DNA from: Pyrinomonadaceae bacterium
Lineage (GTDB): Bacteria > Acidobacteriota > Blastocatellia > Pyrinomonadales > Pyrinomonadaceae
Length of the DNA stretch: 64,000 nucleotides
Assembly: GCA_049679945.1 (NCBI GenBank)
Contig: JBAUGW010000063.1
Coordinates: forward strand, 272 to 64,271
Direction of reading: 5' to 3'
The translations under genes and the position numbers were made by a program. Positions 18,081 to 25,874 of the stretch are shown here, piece by piece. The notes beneath the pieces were generated by a model. The model saw nothing but the letters and a program-made list of their open reading frames with translations. It did not search any database and was not told the DNA's origin. Numbering within the stretch: the first letter of the stretch is position 1; every line of letters begins with the position of its first letter.

Positions 18081-19214
18081 ATGTTATTTAAGTCTGTATC
18101 TATAAAGACATTATTTTGTCTCGGTTTAATGGCCACCTCAGCGATTCTTGCTAGTGCGCAGAGTGGTCGCATTACTGCGACGCCGACCGCGACGCCGCCG
18201 GACGAAACTCTGCGAATCGACACCGAGGAGATCAAATTAAATGTCCTCGCATTTGACGAACGCGGCGAATTTTTTCGCGACGTGACTGCAAACGACCTCG
18301 TCATTTCAGAGAACAATATTCTGCATCCGCCGACGAGTGTGCGTCGCATTGCTGCAAATGTTTTGATAGTGATGGACACGGGCGGCGAACTCCGCAGCGT
18401 AAAAACTCTGGACCAAACACGAAAGGTAGCACGCGGCGTAGTTGAGAGTTTACGTCCGGGCGACTCGTTTTCCCTCATTAGTTACGCCGACAAGGCTGAG
18501 GTCGTCGGCGAGTGGACAAGCGACAAACAGCAAGCGCTCGCCGCGATAAAGCGGACGAATTTTGGCCGCCGCTCGGTCTTTGTCGATGCACTGAAACTCG
18601 CGACCGTTTTTTTGGAACGCTCAGGGCTCGATAACAAACACCTTGTCTTAATAACCGACGGCACCGACAGTCTCGGACGCTCGTCGCAGAAATTCGACGC
18701 GTTGCAGCGGCTGATGGCGACAGACGTCAGCGTTCATGTGATCAGTTACACCTCGATGGAAGCGGTTGCGATTGAGCCGCGAACCAAACGGACTTCGACG
18801 ACTCCGCCGCCTAAAGCTCTTCCGCCGGAGGTCGTCGATCAATTGCCTAACGACGTTAAGATCGCTGCCAAACGCCCAAAGATCGGCCCGACCATCAACA
18901 TGGACCGCACGCTGATCAAACGCATGAAAGCTCGCAAGGCCGAACTCGAAGCCGCACAAGAACAGCTCGAAAAGCTCGCCGAGAACACGAACGGCGAATT
19001 CATCCTGCCCGAAACCGTTGACGAAATGGTCGAGAAAGCCTCGCTTGTCGCACGCATGATCGACTCGTCATACGTCGTCACCTATATGCCAAAAATTTCC
19101 GTCGCCGAAACCCGAGGGCTAGCCGAGCGTAACATCGAGGTCACCTCAAAACGCCCCGGCCTCATCGTGCAGTCTCGACGCAAGCTGCTTATTCAGGCAG
19201 AAAAGAAGAATTAG
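18081..19214 (+). CDS. secreted VWA domain-containing protein
   Basis: Signal peptide, and a vWA core with a MIDAS-like VLIVMDTGGE...LISYADKAEVV...LVLITDGTDS. Confidence 0.85.
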   Translation: MLFKSVSIKTLFCLGLMATSAILASAQSGRITATPTATPPDETLRIDTEEIKLNVLAFDERGEFFRDVTANDLVISENNILHPPTSVRRIAANVLIVMDTGGELRSVKTLDQTRKVARGVVESLRPGDSFSLISYADKAEVVGEWTSDKQQALAAIKRTNFGRRSVFVDALKLATVFLERSGLDNKHLVLITDGTDSLGRSSQKFDALQRLMATDVSVHVISYTSMEAVAIEPRTKRTSTTPPPKALPPEVVDQLPNDVKIAAKRPKIGPTINMDRTLIKRMKARKAELEAAQEQLEKLAENTNGEFILPETVDEMVEKASLVARMIDSSYVVTYMPKISVAETRGLAERNIEVTSKRPGLIVQSRRKLLIQAEKKN

Positions 19215-19286
19215 CCACAGATGAACACGGATAAACTCAGATCAAGTTATTGATCTTATCTGTTTCCATCTGTGTTTATCTGTGGC
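19214..19286. repeat. CACAGAT-class hairpin between convergent genes
   Basis: GCCACAGATGAACACGGATAA ... TTATCTGT..CATCTGTGTTTATCTGTGGC. Likely a bidirectional terminator. Confidence 0.7.
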
Positions 19287-19294
19287 AAATATTC

Positions 19295-19780
19295 TTAGAT
19301 TAGCGGTCGGCTCGTGAAAACCCAATACAAAATAAACCCGCTCGCAATGATCGAACTGATGAGCAGCAAGACCAGCAGCCCGATCAACCCAAATACAAAA
19401 ATGTAATCACTCGTCTTGCCTTTGCCGTGGCCCGCGGCGCGTGTGCGGATGAGGTTCATGTTCTGTTTGTTGGCCTTCCAGACAAAATCGAACGCGTCGC
19501 CGACGAATGGCACCATTCCGACTACGTAATCGAGCCCGATATTAAACGCCATTCGTAGCAGCGTGATCTTTGGCACGCCGTAGCGAACGCCTGCGAACAA
19601 AATATAAAACGACGCGAATGACGTAAGCGTGTCGCCTACATTCGGCACGAGCCCGATCAGCGAATCAAGCCCAAACCGCCATCCCGTGCCCGGAATGCGA
19701 AACAGTCCGTCGAGATAATGCGACAGATCTTCAAGGCCTTCTTCGATCTCGATCTGACGTTTAGTTTGAATTTCCTTCAT
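19295..19780 (-). CDS. DUF4112 domain membrane protein
   Basis: FRIPGTGWRFGLDSLIGLVPNVGD...VPFVGDAFDFVWKANKQN matches the family motif from memory. Confidence 0.8.
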   Translation of the reverse strand: MKEIQTKRQIEIEEGLEDLSHYLDGLFRIPGTGWRFGLDSLIGLVPNVGDTLTSFASFYILFAGVRYGVPKITLLRMAFNIGLDYVVGMVPFVGDAFDFVWKANKQNMNLIRTRAAGHGKGKTSDYIFVFGLIGLLVLLLISSIIASGFILYWVFTSRPLI

Positions 19781-19787
19781 AAGAACT

Positions 19788-20195
19788 CGCCACAGAGAAC
19801 ACAGAGGTCACAGAGAAATGCGCTTAACTCCTTCGCGGAGCATCTTTGCGCCAAAGTTGATTAAGAGCCCACGTTTAAGACCGGTTGCTTTTAGATAAGA
19901 CAGAATCTGGGCGGTTGAGACGTCGGGGAGTTTACTGAGTGATTTGATCTCAACTATCACTTCTTCTTCAACGAGTATATCGATCCGCTGGCCTTTAATA
20001 ACTTTGTCTTTGTAAATGACATCTATCTCAAGCTGTCTCGAATAACGAATACCTCGCAAATCGAATTCATGACAAAGAGCTTCTTCATAAATCGACTCGA
20101 GCAAACCCGGACCGAGTGTTCAGTGAACTTCGATAGCTGCACCAATGATCTTCTGCGTAAGTACATCGTTTTCCTTCTCTGAGTTCTCTGTGGCG
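19788..20195 (-). mobile_element. hairpin-bounded cassette carrying a GxxExxY-family gene remnant
   Basis: Arms are CGCCACAGAGAACACAGAGGTCACAGAG (19788-19815) and CTCTGAGTTCTCTGTGGCG (20177-20195). 18/19 complementary over the shared part. Confidence 0.55.
19808..20173 (-). pseudogene. GxxExxY protein (PD-(D/E)XK-like) with in-frame TGA
   Basis: The track ORF starts at an internal TTG (LESIYEEALCHEF...). Reading upstream in the same frame gives ENDVLTQKIIGAAIEVH-TGA(20120-20122)-TLGPG, which is the family N-terminus. No in-frame ATG was found. Confidence 0.7.
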
Positions 20196-20197
20196 AA

Positions 20198-22468
20198 CTA
20201 TCTTCCGACTATCTTCACGGATAAGATTTTATCGCCGCGCACGATTTTATCTACGATCTTCATATCTTTTTCGCTGACGCGGCCGAATACCGTGTAGCCG
20301 CCGTCGAGGTGCGGCTGAGGGCTATGCGTCACAAACCACTGCGAACCGCCGGTGTCTTTTCCGCTCAGGGCCATGCCGACCGCGCCGCGTTCGTATGGCA
20401 GCATGTTTACTTCACAGCGGATCGACCAACCCGGACCGCCGTTGCCGTCGCCACGCGGATCGCCGTCCTGCATCACAAAGTTCGGCACGACGCGATGGAC
20501 TTCGAGGCCGTTGAAATACTTGCTTCGTGCAAGCTTTACAAAATTATCGACCGTCAGCGGCGCCTGTTCAGGATAAAAATCGATGGTGAACGTGCCTTTC
20601 TCTGTCGTCAGCATCGCCTTAACCGAGCCGTTTTTGCGCGACAACGCACGTCGATAATCCGAGTCAGTATTCAAAACCTGCCCAAGCTTTGTGCGTAGAG
20701 CCGCTACATACGGTAAAACCTGATCCCTGTGCAGTCCGCGGGCATTATTGACCGCCGTTTGGGTACCTACAGGGTTCTCTTGTTTCTGCGTCTCATCGAG
20801 CGATTCGAACGCCTTTTTGCGGACAAGGTAATCGGGGGCGTTCAGGGCGAGAAGAAACATTCGAACGGATCCCATCTTGTCGACCTTGAAAAGTGCGTCA
20901 AGGATCGAAAGCTGCGCGTCGTTTTCGGTCTTATCGGTCAGAAGTGCTTTTGTGAATGCGGCTTTCAATTCGTTCACATTTTCTTTTGATGCCGGGAGAT
21001 CCGCCAGCAGATTCGCGGCCGTTGCGCGTATCTGAACGTCGCTATGTTGTAAGTGTCGCCGCAAAACCTCGCCCAGATCAATTGGCTTGAAGGCAGCATA
21101 GGCGGTCAGCACATCCGGCACCGCCATAGGCGAAAGTCCTTTGTCGGCCATTAACAAACGCAAGATCTGCTGAGCCTCAGTCTTATATCTTTCAAGGTTT
21201 TCCGGATATTTCTCCTTTGGCAAAGTTGCTAGAGTGCCAAGCCCCTGCGCGATGCTCGATGCGCTGCGCCAATCCTTGAATATCGGCGAAGGAGCCGATG
21301 TAAAACGCCCCAGCATGCCGAGCATCAAAAGCTGCGGATCAACTTTTGCCCTAGCTATCGACGTTTCGGGCGCGTTCATTATCAACTGCAACAGACGTGG
21401 AGGAGCAGACTCATAGAGCGTTCCGCCCGCACTGCTTGGCGGAATATTTTTTTTCCCGGCCAAAATATTTCCTAATGCGGTTCCGATCTCAAGCCACTCG
21501 CTCAGTTCCGGGGGCGATGCATAATATTTTGTCGCGGCAAGACTTTTCCCATCACGCCGTATGACCTGCGTGATCGTCGCGGCTTGGTAATCTTCTAAGG
21601 GTCGCACAGCACGTTCATCCCTCAAATTGCCCAATGCCCTGACCGCCGAAACGCGCACGCGCGAGTCACTGTCGCTGGTTGCTGCTTTAATAAGAAGGTC
21701 AACCGCTTCGTTATCTTCGGCGGCGCCGAGGACGCGGGCGGCGTTGGCACGGACGACGGCGTCGCCGTGAGTTTTCAGCAGTTCGCGTGCTTCGACGTTG
21801 GCATTTTTTGCTCGCAGGCGGGCCAGTGTGTTTAGCGCGTCGGCAACGACAGCCGGGTCGGAGTAACGCAAAAACTTACGAGCGACATCTTCACCGCCCT
21901 GTGGTTTCGCTCTGAGGATGGCAGTCATGCCGAGTCGGATGATCTCAGTCGATGGAACAGAGCGTTTTGCGCTGTCAAAATCAACGGCTTTTAGAATCGC
22001 GGCACCGAGCTCTTTTGATCTCTCGTTTTTAGCGTTTACAGCGGCAATCTTGCCGGCTGCCTCGACAAGCCGCGCAACGACACTCGCCGGTTTCATCCCC
22101 GCGTCATTCTCGTTCAGCAACTCCGTTCCCGAACCAGGTCTTAACGCGTCAACGATCACATCGGCGCTTTTCACCGATTCGATCTCGCCCAGAGCGAAGG
22201 CGGCCATGACGCGAACTTTCTCCGATGCGTCGTTTGCTAGCAGGTTGGCGAGTGCTGGAATCGCTTCGTCGCGGCCAATGCGCCCGGCGGCGAGCGCGGC
22301 TCGCTCGCGCACTTCGGCGTTGGGCGATTTCATCAAATCTTCGAGCGTTTTGTCGTAGCGTCGCGCGTCTTCGGCTTTTAGGATTTGGATGCCGATGTTT
22401 AAGGGAATCTGCGCAGGAATCGCAACGGCGAAACAAATTAGAGCGATGAGTGATGCAAAGTACTTCAT
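20198..22468 (-). CDS. HEAT-repeat protein fused to C-terminal cyclophilin-type peptidyl-prolyl isomerase
   Basis: Signal peptide, about 550 aa of HEAT-like repeats (VRERAALAAGRIG, VRVMAAFALGEI, VRVSAVRALGNL), then a cyclophilin core (FYPEQAPLTVDNFVKLA...GGSQWFVTH). Confidence 0.85.
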   Translation of the reverse strand: MKYFASLIALICFAVAIPAQIPLNIGIQILKAEDARRYDKTLEDLMKSPNAEVRERAALAAGRIGRDEAIPALANLLANDASEKVRVMAAFALGEIESVKSADVIVDALRPGSGTELLNENDAGMKPASVVARLVEAAGKIAAVNAKNERSKELGAAILKAVDFDSAKRSVPSTEIIRLGMTAILRAKPQGGEDVARKFLRYSDPAVVADALNTLARLRAKNANVEARELLKTHGDAVVRANAARVLGAAEDNEAVDLLIKAATSDSDSRVRVSAVRALGNLRDERAVRPLEDYQAATITQVIRRDGKSLAATKYYASPPELSEWLEIGTALGNILAGKKNIPPSSAGGTLYESAPPRLLQLIMNAPETSIARAKVDPQLLMLGMLGRFTSAPSPIFKDWRSASSIAQGLGTLATLPKEKYPENLERYKTEAQQILRLLMADKGLSPMAVPDVLTAYAAFKPIDLGEVLRRHLQHSDVQIRATAANLLADLPASKENVNELKAAFTKALLTDKTENDAQLSILDALFKVDKMGSVRMFLLALNAPDYLVRKKAFESLDETQKQENPVGTQTAVNNARGLHRDQVLPYVAALRTKLGQVLNTDSDYRRALSRKNGSVKAMLTTEKGTFTIDFYPEQAPLTVDNFVKLARSKYFNGLEVHRVVPNFVMQDGDPRGDGNGGPGWSIRCEVNMLPYERGAVGMALSGKDTGGSQWFVTHSPQPHLDGGYTVFGRVSEKDMKIVDKIVRGDKILSVKIVGR

Positions 22469-22487
22469 GTTAAGCGTCTGTTCTGTC

Positions 22488-22568
22488 GCCCGCTAAGCGG
22501 GCTCTGGTAAATTATTGCGTTTTCCCCCACGCTTCGCATGGGGCTAAATTCCGTCGCTGCTCCGCAGC
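22488..22568. repeat. cluster of three short GC hairpins
   Basis: GCCCGCTAAGCGGGC (22488-22502), CCCCACGCTTCGCATGGGG (22525-22543) and GCTGCTCCGCAGC (22556-22568), between two same-strand genes. Confidence 0.4.
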
Positions 22569-22993
22569 TAAGAAGTTTCGATAATCTCATAGCTCGTCGT
22601 GATCGTCGCGGTTGGTCTAACGGTGGCGGCGACGGAGCAGTATTTTGTGTCGGAGAGTTCGACGGCGTCCGCGACGGCTTTGTCGGAAACGTTGCGGCCA
22701 TGCACGATATGGTGGACGTGAAAGGTGACGAATTTACGCGGATGATCGTCGGCGCGCGTGCCCGTGATATCGACTCGATAATCAGTCACGTCCTGTCGTT
22801 TTTTGAGCAAGATCGAGATCACATCCGCCGCCGTGCAGCCCGCGACAGAGACGAGCAGCATTTCGACCGGCGTCGGCGCCGAGTGTCTATCTCCTTTTAC
22901 GTCAATAGCTTGCGAATAACCGCTCGATGTCGTGCCGATAAAAAATTCGTCGCCTGCGTAATGGATCGAGGCTTTGTATTCATTTGCCGCCAT
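22568..22993 (-). CDS. OsmC/Ohr family peroxiredoxin-like protein
   Basis: 141 aa. Two conserved Cys contexts (SVAGCTAADV and KYCSV). Confidence 0.9.
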   Translation of the reverse strand: MAANEYKASIHYAGDEFFIGTTSSGYSQAIDVKGDRHSAPTPVEMLLVSVAGCTAADVISILLKKRQDVTDYRVDITGTRADDHPRKFVTFHVHHIVHGRNVSDKAVADAVELSDTKYCSVAATVRPTATITTSYEIIETS

Positions 22994-23064
22994 AATTTTA
23001 TTGTCTGTTATGACGCGATTTTAACATAATCTTGGCTGGGATAGCCGAACCCGCGAACAACCCT

Positions 23065-23080
23065 TGGCACGGAATATGCT
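23065..23080 (+). promoter_or_regulatory. candidate sigma54 (-24/-12) promoter
   Basis: TGGCACGGAATATGCT compared with the consensus TGGCAC-N5-TTGCW has one mismatch. It lies about 50-60 nt upstream of the next start codon. Confidence 0.35.
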
Positions 23081-23138
23081 TCATAACGCGCACGACGGGT
23101 AATTGTGCCCGATTCTCTAAATAATAAGGATGGCCATT

Positions 23139-24731
23139 ATGAAAAAGCTGACCAATACAGTTGTTTATGTTGCTCTCTTCACAGCATTTATTTTAGGTTT
23201 TGCAGACACGGCTGACGCGCAAAAGCGGAATGAGCGCGACATTCGCGACGCAGTTCGCAGTCTCAATTCGAAGCTTGACGATTTTGAATATAACCTTCGT
23301 AATCAGATGCAGAATAATTCTGATTCGAAGGATGAGCTCGCGACGGTCGACGATGAGATTCGCGCGCTGCGTAACGCGATCTTCGACTTTCAAGAAAATT
23401 ACGACCGCAAACGCGAAAATCGCGACGACGTTAGTAAGATTGTGCAGGCCGCACAGACGATCAACGACGGCGTCGGACGCGCCCAGCTCAATCGCCGCGT
23501 CGAAGACGACTGGAAAGCGGCGCGAGCGCAGATTGACCGCTTGAGCGCGAATTACGGCGTAGTCAATAAGTGGGACGGATCGAGTTCACCGCAGTATTCG
23601 CCACCGGTTTCGACGAGTGGAACTTTTAATGTTGGTTTGTCCGGCACATATGATCTCGACCGAGGCCGCAGCGAAAACATCGACGACGTTGTTTCTGACA
23701 CAAACCTCGGCAACGACCAGCAGCAGGATCTCAAGAGCAAACTCGAGGCGCCCGAGCAGATCGCGATCGACATTCGCGGAAACCAAGTTACGCTCGCGAC
23801 GACGAACGCTTCGCCGGTGACTTTTATCGCAGACGGTCGTGACAAAGTCGAAAAGAGTCCAAACGGCGCGACGATTCGACTGCGTGCGACGCTGAGCGGC
23901 AATGCTCTGACCGTCGCGTCGCTCGGCGGCGAAACAGATTACACAATTACGTTCACATCGGTGAGCAATGGTCGCGGGATGAAGGTCTCGCGACGCATAA
24001 CGACTGACTATCTCAATCAAACCGTTTTCGCCGAGAGCGTTTATAACAAGAGCGACTCGGTCGCGCGGCTTGGCATTCCGGCAGGCGGCAATGCGCCGAC
24101 CGATCCAAACGGCGGTTACTCCGACAACGATCAATCGGGCAACGTCAATAACGGCGGCGCTCCGAGCATCGTGACGACAAAGCCGGGCAATTACGTCGTG
24201 CCGAACGGCGTTGTAATAACCGGTCGTCTCGACAACGAGATCAACACAAAGATCTCGCAGAACAACGACCGCTTTCGAATGACGGTGCAGTCGCCGGATG
24301 AGTTTCGCGGCGCGACAGTCGAGGGTTACATTTCGGGCATCAATCGCTCGGGCAAAGTTACGGGACAGTCAAAACTTACGCTAAATTTTGAGCGAATAAC
24401 TCTGCGTAACGGACAGACGTATGATTTCGCCGGCAATTTGCAAGCAGTTCAGGACACAAACGGCAAAGTCGTAAAGATCGACAACGAAGGCACGGTTAAA
24501 GGCGACAGCCAAACCAAGGAAACCGCAAAACGCGGCGGCATCGGCGCCGGTGCCGGAGCAATTCTCGGTGCGATCATCGGCGGTGCGAAAGGCGCTGCGA
24601 TCGGCGCCGTTATCGGCGGCGGTGCAGGTGCAGGCTCTGTGGTTGTTACCGGCAAAGAAGACATTCGCTTGATGCAGGGCTCGATGATCACAGTGCAATC
24701 TTCGTCACCGGCAAACACCGGGCCAAGATAA
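23139..24731 (+). CDS. secreted hypothetical protein with C-terminal glycine-zipper segment
   Basis: Signal peptide KKLTNTVVYVALFTAFILGFADTADA. C-terminal GIGAGAGAILGAIIGGAKGAAIGAVIGGGAGAG. ATG at 23139 is preferred because AAGGA lies 8 nt upstream; the track start is 23130. Confidence 0.7.
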   Translation: MKKLTNTVVYVALFTAFILGFADTADAQKRNERDIRDAVRSLNSKLDDFEYNLRNQMQNNSDSKDELATVDDEIRALRNAIFDFQENYDRKRENRDDVSKIVQAAQTINDGVGRAQLNRRVEDDWKAARAQIDRLSANYGVVNKWDGSSSPQYSPPVSTSGTFNVGLSGTYDLDRGRSENIDDVVSDTNLGNDQQQDLKSKLEAPEQIAIDIRGNQVTLATTNASPVTFIADGRDKVEKSPNGATIRLRATLSGNALTVASLGGETDYTITFTSVSNGRGMKVSRRITTDYLNQTVFAESVYNKSDSVARLGIPAGGNAPTDPNGGYSDNDQSGNVNNGGAPSIVTTKPGNYVVPNGVVITGRLDNEINTKISQNNDRFRMTVQSPDEFRGATVEGYISGINRSGKVTGQSKLTLNFERITLRNGQTYDFAGNLQAVQDTNGKVVKIDNEGTVKGDSQTKETAKRGGIGAGAGAILGAIIGGAKGAAIGAVIGGGAGAGSVVVTGKEDIRLMQGSMITVQSSSPANTGPR

Positions 24732-24739
24732 ACCAAGCT

Positions 24740-24878
24740 CTCCTCCTTACGAAGGAGGAGTCCGGCTTTAGCCGGGAGGTGGTTCTTTGGTCAGCAAGAT
24801 TCTATGTCTGCTAACAAAAGAACCACCCCGTCATCCCGACAAAGACGTCGGATGCCACCCCTCCTTTGTAAGGAGGGG
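24740..24878. repeat. symmetric multi-hairpin palindromic element
   Basis: Hairpins at 24740-24760, 24762-24775, a long stem 24778-24788/24817-24827, then about 24835-24851 and 24858-24878. The two ends are near reverse complements of each other. Confidence 0.7.
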
Positions 24879-24916
24879 AGCCTTTTTCTAACTTAAATTA
24901 CTTGTCGGACTTCTCT

Positions 24917-24952
24917 GAAAATCTGCCAGATGACGGCAGATTTTCTTCTTGT
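24917..24952 (+). terminator. intrinsic terminator candidate
   Basis: Perfect 11-bp stem GAAAATCTGCC/GGCAGATTTTC with a 7-nt loop and a T-rich tail. Confidence 0.5.
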
Positions 24953-24986
24953 TATCATGCCTTATCTGTTTTTATCTGTGTGATCT

Positions 24987-25793
24987 GTGGCCATTTCTTT
25001 CAAAACACTTCCTGAGAAGTTCGAACAGTACCGCGACCGCAAATGGCGGCGTGATGATTCTTTGAAGATCGATTCCGCCGAAGAAGTCGAGGCCATGGTC
25101 GAGGAATTGGGTTTTTGTCTCGGCTTAACGGATGCGCGCAAAATGATGCCTTCGGTTTACATTGCCGTCTGCGGTCGCCGCGACGCGCACATGCCGCGAA
25201 ATGTGCAGAAAGATTTCGAGGCGAGCCGCGCGTGGGTTTTGAAGGACGAGGTTATTGCACGCGGAAAAGTTTATTACGCAAAACTGGTAAAAGGACATTC
25301 GATGTTCCTCGCCCCGCGAATGATCCCTGTCTTCAATACCATCTGGGGCGTGCCGAAAACCCGCGAGGCAAAAGACCTTTCAGGCAGCGCCAACAAGATA
25401 CTAAAAGTGCTGCGCAAAGAATGGGAAATGGGCTCGGCCGACCTTCGCGCCGCGGCGCAGATCACGACCCGGCCGCGATTCACAAAAGCGATGGACAAAC
25501 TGCAGAAGACGATGAAGGTCCTGCCGCAGGAAGTTCTATACTCGCCCAAGTTCACATACATCTGGACGCTCGCCGAAGCGCGTTTTCCTGAAGAGCTAAA
25601 AATAAAAATGAAACGCGAGACGGCCGTTCGCGAACTCGCACGAACATACTTGCAAATGTGCGGAATGACGCTGCTAGGCGATCTTTCGCGCACATTCGGT
25701 TTCTATCGTTGGGAATCTGGTAAGGCAAATCACGAGCTTGTGGATGAAGGTTTTGCGGAGCGTCTGACAACCGGTGTTTATAAGTTAAGATAA
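24987..25793 (+). CDS. hypothetical protein (possibly winged-helix-like)
   Basis: 268-aa ORF with a GTG start that lies inside the CACAGAT-class repeat. No confident motif. Repeat arms on both sides. Confidence 0.55.
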   Translation: MAISFKTLPEKFEQYRDRKWRRDDSLKIDSAEEVEAMVEELGFCLGLTDARKMMPSVYIAVCGRRDAHMPRNVQKDFEASRAWVLKDEVIARGKVYYAKLVKGHSMFLAPRMIPVFNTIWGVPKTREAKDLSGSANKILKVLRKEWEMGSADLRAAAQITTRPRFTKAMDKLQKTMKVLPQEVLYSPKFTYIWTLAEARFPEELKIKMKRETAVRELARTYLQMCGMTLLGDLSRTFGFYRWESGKANHELVDEGFAERLTTGVYKLR

Positions 25794-25795
25794 CT

Positions 25796-25874
25796 CACCA
25801 CAGAGCCACAGAGAGTGCAGAGACCACTGAAAAAAACAAAGCAATTCTTCGATGTTCTCTGTGGGCTCGGTGGC
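25796..25874. repeat. CACAGAG-class hairpin between convergent genes
   Basis: CACCACAGAGCCACAGAG ... CTCTGTGGGCTCGGTG. The right end overlaps the stop codon of the M20 peptidase gene. Confidence 0.65.

Noticed and set aside
24740-24878. The 7-nt loops TTACGAA and TTTGTAA on 7-bp stems resemble anticodon loops (U33, purine 37).
   Set aside because: No other tRNA features are present. The hairpins are the two ends of a palindromic repeat element, so the resemblance is probably coincidental.
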